64,000 bases of DNA from a virus. The position numbers and the translations under genes were made by a program. The notes under the pieces were generated by a model, which made no database searches, was not told the origin of the DNA, and worked only from the letters and a program-made list of their open reading frames with translations. Each line of letters opens with the position of its first letter. The stretch's first letter is position 1. The stretch is taken from the IMG/VR virus record IMGVR_UViG_3300042351_000809; one strand, written 5' to 3'. Shown piece by piece: positions 23,101 through 32,661 of this stretch.

Positions 23101-26100
23101 GAGTAACATTTGTACCAATTCCAACATTTCCGTCAGCCTGAATTCTGACTCTTTCGTTAGCGGTAGAAACAGATTCAGTACCAGCAGTGTTATTTGTATA
23201 AAATGTTAAAGCTCCTCTTCCGTAGTTATTAGTTCTTACAAAACCAACTGAACCTTTGACTCCATATACAGTAGATTCTCCTGCTGCAAAACCGATGCCT
23301 ACTATGTCGCCTTGATTAGGCGTACCCATATTAGTTAATTGAAGTTGATTAAATATTTGAGAAGTGCCATTTCCAGAATATATATGTAATGCAGATACAG
23401 GATTCGTAGTTCCTATGCCAACATTACCATTGGAAGAAATGCGGAAGCGTTCTGAACCATTTGTTATTAATCCAAGATAATTTGAACCAGCACTTAAAGT
23501 AGTAACGCTGCCTAATAACGCTAGAACAGATGTCGTGCTGTATGCCAAATACGTTCCATTTGCTTGATTTAATCTTAAATAAGGCGCAGTAGTGTCTCCA
23601 TAAATATATCCACCATCTGTTAGCTTTATGTTTCCACTAACTTCTAATTTTTGTGCGGGATTTGTTGTTCCTATACCAACATTGCCATCGTAATTTATTC
23701 TTACAGCTTCTTGTAATTCCGGCGTTCTACTTTGTTTGGCAGTGTAAAATCCCAAACCAGCATAGGCTCCATTAGAAAATTCTGATATACTTGCTATTTT
23801 ACCAGCTACAATACCGCTAATAGAAAGATCTCTTTGTGCAAATTCCAATGCAGAATTAATTTCTCCAACAGCAAGAACATTTACTTTTCCGCCATTTATA
23901 CGAATAGTACCCGCTGTTTCGGATGCGCCCAAAACTTCAAAATTTACAGCAGGATTTGTAGTGCCTATTCCGACACCTGTGCCGTTGTCATAAATACTAC
24001 CTGTAACCAATTGTTTAGTGCCGCTCCAGCGAGGGACGTAGTTGGATACTCCGACTCCAGAAAGGAAAGTGTTACCTGCGTAACCGCTCAGAGAGTTAAT
24101 CTTCGTATCAAGGACCGAACCAGTTGCAGCTAGGTTAAGGATCGTCGCAAAGTTCGCGTTGGAATAACCGCTCAGAGAGTTGATCTTAGAATCAAGGGTT
24201 GAACCTGTGGTAGCGAGATTTCCGCTTAAAGAAGTAATAGTTGGAGAAATAATTCCAACAGAAGCAATTAAATGACCAGTAGAAGAAGTAGAGACAGGAA
24301 TAACAGAGCTATAGTTTTGATTTCCTAAAGATCTAATTTTATTTACTCTTAATGCACCAGCAGAGATAGCTTGATTTGCTACAAAAGAAAATCTAAAATA
24401 TCTTGAAATACCACCCGCCTGAATTGAATTAGCAACACTTAAAGCAATTGTTCCCCTTGTATTATTAGTAGGGAAATTTTGTTCTGTTATGCAATTGGTC
24501 CAATTTACTAAGTCATTACTATTTTCAACATTTAATTTGAATCCCCACCAGTTTTGACTCCAATCAGTATTTAAAAGTATAAAATTTGGTCTTCTGTAAT
24601 AATCTGCTAAATCTACAACGAACCTTTTTCCAGAAATTCCAACAGAATATTCTGAAGAAGTTACTACATCTAAATAAGATGTCGCATTACCATCCAATAA
24701 ATTACGATATGACAAAGGTGCTGGATCTGCATACCAGTTATCACCAGAAAAATACTGACCGCTAAGAGTAGTTTTAAATCTTAATGGATCATTGACACCA
24801 ATAGCATTAGATAGTGCATCTATTAATTCTAAATTGGATTGTGGAGCAAAAGCTGTGTTTGCGGTATACCCTAAATAAGCACTACCCGTATTCGAAGGAT
24901 AAGCTAAATCTTCACCAACAATTATATAATCAGAAAATCTAGCGTTTCCACCGGAAACATCTAGCTTAACTGCGGGATTTGATAATCCTATTCCAACATT
25001 TCCATTACTTTTTAATATAAAATTAGAAGTAGTATTTCTATAAAATTCTACAACATCGTTTGAACCATCATCTTGTTGAACATAAAATGCAGTACCAGCA
25101 GTATTATTTTGAACTCTAGCTCTACCTCTTACGTCTAAAGCAGTAAGTGGGCCAGTTGTGCCTATACCAACATTACCAGCAAAAGTTCCATTTGAAGTGA
25201 CTACTAAAGAACCATCTGTTTTAATTGTGTCTTCAGCGGATCTATATAAATTTGCCTGAGCGTCTCCTCCAAAAGTTAATCCGCTTGCTGCTGAAGTTGA
25301 TCCAAGTCCACCAAGAGAAAGAAGTGTTTGTGGATTTATAGTTCCAATTCCAACTTTGCCATCAGCCTTAAATACAGATATACCACTAGCACCAGCAGAA
25401 AGAACAATAGAATTAGGATTAGCTGAAAGTAAAATCAAATCATCAGAAAGACCTCCGGTGACAGCAGATGCCAACCCGATGCTGGCTTCTGGAGTTTGTG
25501 CTTTATAAAATTCAATTTGAGAACCAGCATTATTTCCTGTACTCCCTACTAATCTGACTGTAGCAATGCTTGATACTGTACCGCTATTTATTATATGTAA
25601 TTTTACGGTAGGATTAGTTGTTCCTATTCCAACATTTCCACCATTTGCTACAGTAACAGCATTAGCGTTAGTGGTTCTATTGAAAATAGCAAATCCATTT
25701 GTGCCATCTGCACCAGCGGACCATAAATTACTTGTACTGCTTTGGAAATCCATCCAAGTACCAGCAGTTGATCCAGAAATAAATACCAATTGGTTGTCGC
25801 TTGAAGTGATATGAAGTTTTCTAAGTGGATTAGTTGTGCCGATACCAACATTACCATTTGTATCTATTGTTAAACGTTGCGTATTTGATGTATAAAAATA
25901 AAGATTATCAGCGGAATAACTTATTATACCGGCACTATTAGTGCTATTTGAAAATTTTATAGCAGCAAAAGCAGCAGAAGATGCAATATGTAATTTTTGT
26001 TCTGGAGCAGTTGTTCCTATACCAATATTACCATTATGGTAAATACGCATTCTTTCAGCATAAGTTTGGTCATTGAGTTGATTTGTATAAAATGCTAAAC

Positions 26101-27937
26101 TTGTGCCTCTATTGTAACCCAAAGTATCTTCGCTGACAGCATAAATTGCTGAAGTTTTCCCTAAGCTATTTGAAAGAGAATCGACCGCTCCAATAAATTT
26201 AATACCCCATTTTGCTCCAATATTAGAAGTTGTCGCTGAATTAACGCCATAAGGAGCATTTAAAATTAATAAATCATTTGTAGAACCCGAATTCATCAAA
26301 GCACTTTCAGAAGAAGTACCTAATTGAATTCTTGTTCCTGTTGCAGTAGTTTCTACTACATGTAATTTAGAAGTAGGCGAAGTCGTATTTATGCCTACGT
26401 CACCACTAGGATCAATATAAACGGCATTAGTTAGACCATTTGTTTGAAAGTATAAATCTGAACCACCTAATATTAAACTTTGATAAGAGCTAGATAAAGT
26501 ATTATCTACGCCCTGTATATAAGTGCCAGCAGAGTTGAGATTAAATCTTACTCCTTTAGTTGCACCTGCCACAGAAAAAGCATATGTACTATCAGGACTT
26601 ACAACATGTAATCTACCATTTGGAGTAACTGTACCTATTCCTACATTTCCTCCAGAAGTTATACTCATTAAAGTACTTCTTCCGCCACCACCAACAGAAG
26701 TCTGAGTACTAAAATATAAACTTTGACCACTTGCCCAATCAAAATAATTTATTCCATTATTTCTAAACAAAGAAAGTCTAGAGTTATTTCCTTCGCTAAT
26801 TAATTCTCCGCTTGCTCTTACTGATCCAATTACATCTAATTTATAACCGGGGTTACCTATTCCAATTCCTGCGTTTCCACTAACTAATAAATTTGAGGTT
26901 ATATTGGTAGTGCCATTTATTTTTGAATCACCAAATACTTCAAAAGTATCAGAAGACTGAGAGTGCGCTCCAAATCTTACTAGATTTATGTATTGATTAG
27001 CAGTGCCTCCCGCTTGTTGTAAGTATAAAGGAATATTTGAGGAGCGATCTACTTTTATGAATCTATGTCTATATTGACCATTTGTATATGTATTATGATC
27101 GAAAACTAAACCAAAAACTCCAGTAGCATTTGGATATGAGTTTGTATCGGGAATTCCTGATTGGGCGGTAAATCCCATATTTCTTAAATGCAATTGACCC
27201 GATGGAGTAGTTATGCCTATTCCAACATAGCCGCCATTTGGATTTAATAAAAGTGGATAAGTTGCAGATAAACTAGTTTCATCAGTTGATTGTATCCATC
27301 CACCTAAACCTCCTCCTCTGATACCAAAATCTATTACTGCATTATCCGTGGTATTACTAATTCTAAATATACCGCTTTGAGTTGTGCCTACAGAAGCAGG
27401 ATTACCAACGGTTCCATCAACTTGAAATTTTTGAACTGGGTTAATGCCAATACCTAAACTACCATCTATTTTTAAAGCCCCCGCTGCTGATCTGTATAAA
27501 TTTGCAGTAGAATCTCCACCAAAAGTCAAGCCACTTGCCGCAGAAGTAGAACCTGCACCACCAACAGACAAAAGGGTTGTTGGACTAATAGTACCTATTC
27601 CAACATTTGTACCATTATCATATATACTTCCAGTAATTAATAACTTGCTCCCATTCCAACGAGGAACATAATTAGTAATACCATTTCCTGATAGGAAAGT
27701 ATCATTCGCATATCCACTTAAAGAATTAATTCTATTATTTAATAACGTTCCAGTAGCAGCAATCTGCCCACTTAAAGCAGCAAGATCAGCATTACTTGAA
27801 TCTGCTTGCCACATTACGCCAGACGACGTAGCTGTTAGGACTTGGCCATTAGCTCCTATACTATTCGAACGGTCAAATATAAAACCAGATATCTGAACGC
27901 CCGTAGCGAATAATTCATCTATAGCAAATTGCGCCAT
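20138..27937 (-). CDS. Giant tail fibre (2599 aa) with C-terminal chaperone-like domain
   Basis: GNVGIGT repeats; C-terminal KSFDIVHP...L.YASLEGPENGVYYRG motif common in phage fibres. Confidence 0.8.
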   Translation of the reverse strand: MAQFAIDELFATGVQISGFIFDRSNSIGANGQVLTATSSGVMWQADSSNADLAALSGQIAATGTLLNNRINSLSGYANDTFLSGNGITNYVPRWNGSKLLITGSIYDNGTNVGIGTISPTTLLSVGGAGSTSAASGLTFGGDSTANLYRSAAGALKIDGSLGIGINPVQKFQVDGTVGNPASVGTTQSGIFRISNTTDNAVIDFGIRGGGLGGWIQSTDETSLSATYPLLLNPNGGYVGIGITTPSGQLHLRNMGFTAQSGIPDTNSYPNATGVFGLVFDHNTYTNGQYRHRFIKVDRSSNIPLYLQQAGGTANQYINLVRFGAHSQSSDTFEVFGDSKINGTTNITSNLLVSGNAGIGIGNPGYKLDVIGSVRASGELISEGNNSRLSLFRNNGINYFDWASGQSLYFSTQTSVGGGGRSTLMSITSGGNVGIGTVTPNGRLHVVSPDSTYAFSVAGATKGVRFNLNSAGTYIQGVDNTLSSSYQSLILGGSDLYFQTNGLTNAVYIDPSGDVGINTTSPTSKLHVVETTATGTRIQLGTSSESALMNSGSTNDLLILNAPYGVNSATTSNIGAKWGIKFIGAVDSLSNSLGKTSAIYAVSEDTLGYNRGTSLAFYTNQLNDQTYAERMRIYHNGNIGIGTTAPEQKLHIASSAAFAAIKFSNSTNSAGIISYSADNLYFYTSNTQRLTIDTNGNVGIGTTNPLRKLHITSSDNQLVFISGSTAGTWMDFQSSTSNLWSAGADGTNGFAIFNRTTNANAVTVANGGNVGIGTTNPTVKLHIINSGTVSSIATVRLVGSTGNNAGSQIEFYKAQTPEASIGLASAVTGGLSDDLILLSANPNSIVLSAGASGISVFKADGKVGIGTINPQTLLSLGGLGSTSAASGLTFGGDAQANLYRSAEDTIKTDGSLVVTSNGTFAGNVGIGTTGPLTALDVRGRARVQNNTAGTAFYVQQDDGSNDVVEFYRNTTSNFILKSNGNVGIGLSNPAVKLDVSGGNARFSDYIIVGEDLAYPSNTGSAYLGYTANTAFAPQSNLELIDALSNAIGVNDPLRFKTTLSGQYFSGDNWYADPAPLSYRNLLDGNATSYLDVVTSSEYSVGISGKRFVVDLADYYRRPNFILLNTDWSQNWWGFKLNVENSNDLVNWTNCITEQNFPTNNTRGTIALSVANSIQAGGISRYFRFSFVANQAISAGALRVNKIRSLGNQNYSSVIPVSTSSTGHLIASVGIISPTITSLSGNLATTGSTLDSKINSLSGYSNANFATILNLAATGSVLDTKINSLSGYAGNTFLSGVGVSNYVPRWSGTKQLVTGSIYDNGTGVGIGTTNPAVNFEVLGASETAGTIRINGGKVNVLAVGEINSALEFAQRDLSISGIVAGKIASISEFSNGAYAGLGFYTAKQSRTPELQEAVRINYDGNVGIGTTNPAQKLEVSGNIKLTDGGYIYGDTTAPYLRLNQANGTYLAYSTTSVLALLGSVTTLSAGSNYLGLITNGSERFRISSNGNVGIGTTNPVSALHIYSGNGTSQIFNQLQLTNMGTPNQGDIVGIGFAAGESTVYGVKGSVGFVRTNNYGRGALTFYTNNTAGTESVSTANERVRIQADGNVGIGTNVTPLKLNVSGSIYMAAGSGSAISWANDISSQYLKYDSVIDGMILSSWNHTTFHTQQTERVRITSDGKLGIGTNIPTTLLSVGGVGSTSAASGLTFGGDAQVNLYRASEDLLKTDAAFTAASLSSSSYIYAASYLQTALGEIYGGAPYGTLSVFVGNVAQNAWETALYIGRGSYVGIGTTQPTGKLHVVSSVAGETVLRADGTNGTLFSVTDDLSDSLMSVNNSAGLPVFEVFADDRVVAGQYGSGDFVLVNNKVGIGNTNPSFKLDVNGSLGINASTSDTNWPFVVSDNSSSGSRYGLNKVGSMGFNYADAYAQLQLLGANGAYIDFTNSVGGDSNARLIYYAGNRLDLTYGFVTKGTISLNSNGIGIGTTSPVVALDVVGPIGSFPIAAGTTATGVNLRLRNSDSNLVLDIGGNGGNGNWLQSTSRVDLSLGYPLLLNPNGGNVGIGTTAPSYKLDVQKTSDGTIGYFRRIGATINPALAIYANESSNTVGLNTDYAGAVSPAITFSIASSEKVRIANDGNVGIGTIAPTGVLTIHSNGTQLRLQTASGPGAYFANISSIYDATHPFTIAVANNSASATEFFGIYADGGGANNRAVFPNGNVGIGLTNPSAKLHVTGSNGDEVQIGTIGSAQIVGGRTGGSFSILTKSTSNGNLILAANAAMYLRTNTSNESLYIAANGNVGIGTTNPDKKLVVIGTAYISGLLDVSSAGATSNTEGIRFGGDSEANLYRSATDTLKTDGSLVVNGNFSTNTVTVTTLNINAGLLPGIPAGSTITGFTYAVNNGNVSQINFVETRFATGGDWTTASTKIQKRTDVTNQAYIEFNPSGSLYGMAFGVGVGNTEAMRIASNGTIGIGITSTSYKLQVNGSFAATTKSFDIVHPTVSGKRLTYASLEGPENGVYYRGQNNNNEIDLPHYWSGLVHDDSITVNLTAVGKRKDGKIRNYSVDQIGHNKVYIYTDSDDNIYNYYYTIFAERKDVSKLVIERDME

Positions 27938-28037
27938 TTTAAAACCTTATACCTTATTATTATTTACACAAAAAAATCTTTAGCCCCCTAAAAATCGAGA
28001 GCTAAAGATTGCGTTTCTAATATTTTGATCTAATATT

Positions 28038-28262
28038 TTAGACCTGCATCTTTGGGAATGGAGGGATTTCTGGACCCTTTGCCCCATTAATTGCGGCTTG
28101 AAGAGCAGCGGTACACTTATCAAGATATACATGCTCATCATAACTCAATCTGCTTTGACGAGCTAGACCTACAAAAGTGTTTAGCGCAACTTGTGCAGTA
28201 GGATCTGGCAAGTCTTTGACGGATGGAGGTTGCTGTGGTTGCTGTTGATTAGTCTGTTCCAT
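28038..28262 (-). CDS. Hypothetical protein
   Basis: 74-aa ORF. Confidence 0.6.
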   Translation of the reverse strand: MEQTNQQQPQQPPSVKDLPDPTAQVALNTFVGLARQSRLSYDEHVYLDKCTAALQAAINGAKGPEIPPFPKMQV

Positions 28263-28271
28263 ATATTTGTA

Positions 28272-28628
28272 TTATCTTCCTTCGGCTAAAATTCGCTTTG
28301 CAATATCAGAAACACTAGTATCAGTAACTCTTTTATTTGTAGATACTTTTAAATAAGAGTTATTGTGTCTGCGAAATTCATTCAATAATCGTTCTCTCAA
28401 CATCTTCATGTTATCAATGGGAATGAGATTCATTTTGAGAGCATGATTTTGAAGATCGCTTTTAGTCATTGCGTTTAGCTGACTCCAATATTCGTCTTCA
28501 TTAAAAGTACCATACTTATCTGATCCAGAGTCGCCAAGAATCTGATCAAGAGTTTGATACTCCTTTTCTTCGATCTTGGCATGAGTCTGACTTAGCTCTT
28601 CTAAATTTTGCTTCTTCTTTTTAGCCAT
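28272..28628 (-). CDS. Hypothetical protein
   Basis: 118-aa ORF after the capsid gene. Confidence 0.65.
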   Translation of the reverse strand: MAKKKKQNLEELSQTHAKIEEKEYQTLDQILGDSGSDKYGTFNEDEYWSQLNAMTKSDLQNHALKMNLIPIDNMKMLRERLLNEFRRHNNSYLKVSTNKRVTDTSVSDIAKRILAEGR

Positions 28629-28664
28629 ACCATATACTAATGTATATAAACAAAAATATAAAAT

Positions 28665-28694
28665 AAAAAACCCCGGAGGGTTGCCTCCGGGGTT
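28665..28694 (-). terminator. Terminator after the major capsid gene
   Basis: AACCCCGGAGG-GCAA-type stem-loop followed by T6 on the minus strand. Confidence 0.85.
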
Positions 28695-28713
28695 AAAACT
28701 AAAGAAGTTTTAA

Positions 28714-29859
28714 TTAGTTGGTGATAACGCCACCGATTGCGCGAGCGTCAACACAAATGCGACCTTCCTCTAGGAAGCCATAGAAACCAGTCTTCTCTGC
28801 GCGAGAGATAAATTGGTCATCAGGGAGAACAGTGAGTTGACCACCGCTCTCAGCGTTAGTAGCGACAGGGCGAATGAAGGCATCGCGGCTCAAGTCAAGA
28901 CCGATTGAGAGGTCATGAGAAGCAGTGGCGAAGGTAATAGCATTTGCTCCATTGATGTCAGGATAAGTGGTTACGTCAAATGAATCAAATAGAGTGTTAT
29001 ACTTTTGGTTCTTACCGAGTTCGACTAGTTCGATAATGTTAATACCGAACAAGCTCTCCATTCCGCCACCTCTATAAATCTCAGTGCGGACATCTTCAGA
29101 CAATTGAGTTTGAGTAGTAGAAGAAGTTCCGAAAAGAGGATTAAATGAGAAAGCGCGGATCTTAGCCTTGATTTCAGGGCTAATGAAGAGATCAGTCAAT
29201 CCGCGAGCAGAAGCATCAGAAGGAGTGCCGCCAGCGAATGAAACATTAATTCTCTTAAAGCGGAGAATCAAGTCGTTCAAGCAGCCCATATCAAAAGCTC
29301 TTGCACCACCAGTTGGAGCGATAAGATGCTTCAAAGCTCCAGAGGTTGAATAAGGAATTGAGCGACCATTCAAGGTAGCAGCAGCACCGAGAGCCTTTAG
29401 AATAACAGCCCACGCATTGCGCTCTTGCTTAACAAGAACCTCTTGAGCCATACGATCCAAAGCTCCGCTAACTACGTCAAGACGAGCTTTGCGAGCATAC
29501 TTCTTGTTGAAAGAAACGGCAGAGTCAAGACGATAAGTAGCGATCTTCAACTCTTGAACTGGTTGATCCATGTAGTTAGTGGGTAGACCACCAGCGACAT
29601 TTTGTGACCAAACGGAAACTAGACCAGCAGCCTCATTGTAATAAAGGTCAAGAGGATAAGAAGGACTATCATCCTCATTAAACTCCATATCTCTATAGAT
29701 CATACCGGCAGTACCAGCTTGAGCGAGTACCTTTTGGATAACTGGTCCAACGAAAGCGGCCAAAGCTTCCATAGCTTCAGCGGACTCAACAACATTGCGA
29801 GAACCAACCTTTTTGATTAGCTCTACTTGTTCTGGCGTATTTTTTAATTTAAGTCTCAT
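28714..29859 (-). CDS. Major capsid protein (HK97 fold inferred)
   Basis: 381 aa; follows the scaffold and decoration genes; strong terminator; higher-GC biased codons. Confidence 0.75.
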   Translation of the reverse strand: MRLKLKNTPEQVELIKKVGSRNVVESAEAMEALAAFVGPVIQKVLAQAGTAGMIYRDMEFNEDDSPSYPLDLYYNEAAGLVSVWSQNVAGGLPTNYMDQPVQELKIATYRLDSAVSFNKKYARKARLDVVSGALDRMAQEVLVKQERNAWAVILKALGAAATLNGRSIPYSTSGALKHLIAPTGGARAFDMGCLNDLILRFKRINVSFAGGTPSDASARGLTDLFISPEIKAKIRAFSFNPLFGTSSTTQTQLSEDVRTEIYRGGGMESLFGINIIELVELGKNQKYNTLFDSFDVTTYPDINGANAITFATASHDLSIGLDLSRDAFIRPVATNAESGGQLTVLPDDQFISRAEKTGFYGFLEEGRICVDARAIGGVITN

Positions 29860-29896
29860 ATTATTTAGTTAATTAGTTAGTTGTTATTATTGCTTA

Positions 29897-30466
29897 TTAT
29901 AGGTCGAGGTTCAATAATGCATAACCATCATCATCAGCAGAACCTAAATAAGTTCCAACTTTAGCACCACCGCTACCACCATAAATAGTAGCATTGGTTT
30001 CCAATTCACCATTAGCGTTAATGAAAGCAGAGTTACCAGCAGTAGCTCCAGTTGCATAAGCCAAGATGACGCCACGCTTGAGAACTGGTACGGTTTGTCC
30101 AGAGACAACGGCACTCAATTCAGCAGCTTTGCGAGGGTTATAGATTAGTTTCTCGCCGTTTTCGTCTGTTTCACGAACGTCATTGAGAAGAAGTCCGACA
30201 ACCTTACCCAAGTCGCCAGTACCAGCAGTGGTAACGCGAGCAGTGGTAGAATAACGATCAGAAACTACGTTGCTGTAAGAAGCTCCAACAGCAGTAGCTG
30301 ATGTAATATTTAGAGCATCATCGGTATTTTTCCAACCGGCTCCAAGAACTTTAACGAAAGTTCCTTTGTTTACAGTTTCGAGATCGAAAGCGAACATGTT
30401 GATAACTTCATGCTCACCATAACCACGAAATGGTTTAATTAATCTTTTAGTAGATGAATATGGCAT
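29897..30466 (-). CDS. Head decoration/cement protein
   Basis: 189 aa, G/A/T-rich, directly upstream of the capsid gene. Confidence 0.6.
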   Translation of the reverse strand: MPYSSTKRLIKPFRGYGEHEVINMFAFDLETVNKGTFVKVLGAGWKNTDDALNITSATAVGASYSNVVSDRYSTTARVTTAGTGDLGKVVGLLLNDVRETDENGEKLIYNPRKAAELSAVVSGQTVPVLKRGVILAYATGATAGNSAFINANGELETNATIYGGSGGAKVGTYLGSADDDGYALLNLDL

Positions 30467-30497
30467 AGTGTTTTCCTATTATATATTTATTGTTTGT

Positions 30498-31967
30498 TTA
30501 TTTTGTAATAACGAAGCCTTCGTCATTAAAAGCTGATTGATATTTTTGCTTAATTGTCTTTGATGGAGCAACAACGCCAGCAGTGATCTTGTCAGCTTGC
30601 TGAGTTCCATTGCTGATAGCATCATCAACGACAGTAGCATTTTCGGTAGAAGCAACAACTTGGTTATCCTCTGTAGCCATTGTCTCTTTTTTCTCTTGTT
30701 TTGGCATCTTAGAAGCTTTATAAGCCTTGTTCTTCTCCTTCATTAGAACGCCCATTTTCTTTTTGTAGGCGGCGAAAGAATCCTCATCCAAATCTCTGAT
30801 ATCGTTAGCAATTACTTCTCTATCTTCTGAATCAAGATCGAACTCCTCATCAAGTCCAGCCATTCTGGAAGAAAATAGTTCTTGCTTCTCCTTAGAAGCT
30901 TTTTCTTGTTGTAGGGTTTCTAAAGATTGCTTGAGAGCCTCAAGCTCCTTCTTTAGGTTTTCAGAATCGGCAGAGAGACTAGTATACTTCTCTTCAGCGT
31001 CCTTGATTGCGTCTTCTTTAGCTTTCTTTTCAGCAGCAAATTTCTCAGAGGCTTCCTTGAGTTGCTCTCCGATAAAATCTCTGATGGAAGAAGCGGTTGC
31101 TTCTTTAAGCAAGTCATCAGTAATTTGCGATACTTCAGATATTTTCATATTCTTTCTTTCGATAATTACATTAGATTCTAAGGTTTGTGAAATTTCTTCT
31201 GCTTTTTGCTGCACTATTTCTTCTGATTCTGGTTTTTTGACACTAACGCCGACAACATCAGCAGCAGGATTTGCAGTTAAACCAATTCCGAGGGGAAGTA
31301 CTCTTCCTTTAATTTTACGGTAAACAGATTGATTTTCGCTTAGTCTTCCACTACCACCGTATCCAGTTAATTTACCTTTAATCTTCTCAATCTCTTCTTT
31401 GTTGGAAATGATAGAAGCATTTTCAATATTCTTCTCGCCTCCTTCTAAAACAGCTATTTCAAAGTCATTAAATCCCAACTCCCAAGAAGCACTAACCTTC
31501 ATGTAATTATTGGACGTAGGATCGTTTGACTCTTCTATTGTATTTGCGAGATCTTTATTTACTATTTTCCAAATGACACCGCCAAGAGTAACATTATATG
31601 GTTCTTTTTTATCTTTTACTTGCTCTTCTGTAAGAGGCAAATCAGTTCCAAACTCAGAAAATCCTGCTGATAAAATAACGCCAACTATATTTGAGCGATT
31701 ATGTTCAATGTTAATTGGCTTATTTATAAAATTTTTATATACTTCAGTAGCGATAGAAGAATCAATTACGTCTCCATTTTTATTAACACGATTTACAACG
31801 CAAGCATTAAAAGCAATAGGCAAAAGGTCCATATTAGACTCAGCATTAACTTCAGGAATGAAATTCCCTACATCAACTAAGCTGGCTAATGATAGATATT
31901 TATCTTTTTCCTCAGATACTAAAGGTCTTATTGAGGAACTAAATGTTGTTAAAAAATCAAAATTCAT
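30498..31967 (-). CDS. Prohead protease-scaffold fusion
   Basis: N-terminal NKNGD...KPINIEH...SASWE...G.GLTANPA protease-like motifs; C-terminal acidic coiled coil. Confidence 0.7.
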   Translation of the reverse strand: MNFDFLTTFSSSIRPLVSEEKDKYLSLASLVDVGNFIPEVNAESNMDLLPIAFNACVVNRVNKNGDVIDSSIATEVYKNFINKPINIEHNRSNIVGVILSAGFSEFGTDLPLTEEQVKDKKEPYNVTLGGVIWKIVNKDLANTIEESNDPTSNNYMKVSASWELGFNDFEIAVLEGGEKNIENASIISNKEEIEKIKGKLTGYGGSGRLSENQSVYRKIKGRVLPLGIGLTANPAADVVGVSVKKPESEEIVQQKAEEISQTLESNVIIERKNMKISEVSQITDDLLKEATASSIRDFIGEQLKEASEKFAAEKKAKEDAIKDAEEKYTSLSADSENLKKELEALKQSLETLQQEKASKEKQELFSSRMAGLDEEFDLDSEDREVIANDIRDLDEDSFAAYKKKMGVLMKEKNKAYKASKMPKQEKKETMATEDNQVVASTENATVVDDAISNGTQQADKITAGVVAPSKTIKQKYQSAFNDEGFVITK

Positions 31968-31969
31968 AT

Positions 31970-32272
31970 TTATTCTAGGAAATAATTAATACTGCCGATT
32001 GAATTTGCAGGAGAAATAGCGACACCTGAAAAATCAGGAACATCTATTGGAACTGAAAGATTGCAATTACCTTGAGCAATATAAGCCAAAACGCTTCCGG
32101 TCGCAGTTGCGCTTGCGTTCATTAATGTAATAGCATTATTAGTAGCTGTAATATCAGTAATAAAAATTCTTGAATTTCCACTATTAGGAGGTTGAATTAC
32201 TACACCAGAAGTAGTAAAATTAACGGTAATACCATTTACCGCAGCTACTCCATTTTGAATAAAAGATTTCAT
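31970..32272 (-). CDS. Small hypothetical structural protein
   Basis: 100 aa, beta-rich. Confidence 0.5.
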   Translation of the reverse strand: MKSFIQNGVAAVNGITVNFTTSGVVIQPPNSGNSRIFITDITATNNAITLMNASATATGSVLAYIAQGNCNLSVPIDVPDFSGVAISPANSIGSINYFLE

Positions 32273-32638
32273 TTATTTTAAAGTTATAAGATATTTAGTT
32301 TTATTAACACTTCCTAAAATTTCATCTCTAATATTTAAAAGGTCAGTGTCCTTGGCGGGATCTAACTGAGAAGGCAAATCAGAACTAAGAAAAGAAATGA
32401 AATTATTCATAGACTCTAATGGGCTAATAGATTTATAATTTTGAAGAGTTAGTACAAATGAATCTTTAGCTACAATACGACCATATTTACCCATAAAAAC
32501 CTCAACAAATTCATCAATGTGACCAGAAAGACTATCGTACAACTCTCCAAAACTCTCATGCTCTGAATAGCCATAAGTTTGCCAATGAAAAATTTTGACT
32601 TGATTTTGAAATTCTAGCATTGCGGATAAGATATTCAT
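32273..32638 (-). CDS. Ferritin/Dps-like protein (DUF5856-like)
   Basis: HWQT..YSEH...ELYD.L...IDEFVE and LLNIRDEI...NK..YL motifs. Confidence 0.75.
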   Translation of the reverse strand: MNILSAMLEFQNQVKIFHWQTYGYSEHESFGELYDSLSGHIDEFVEVFMGKYGRIVAKDSFVLTLQNYKSISPLESMNNFISFLSSDLPSQLDPAKDTDLLNIRDEILGSVNKTKYLITLK

Positions 32639-32661
32639 ATTCTTTAATATTTGTACACTTT

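Noticed and set aside
6977-27937. Diversity-generating retroelement acting on the fibres
   Set aside because: No reverse transcriptase and no non-coding template repeat seen; the repeats are in-frame protein modules.
14864-31989. Many short plus-strand ORFs opposite the fibre, capsid and scaffold genes
   Set aside because: Antisense shadows of long, well-supported minus-strand genes.
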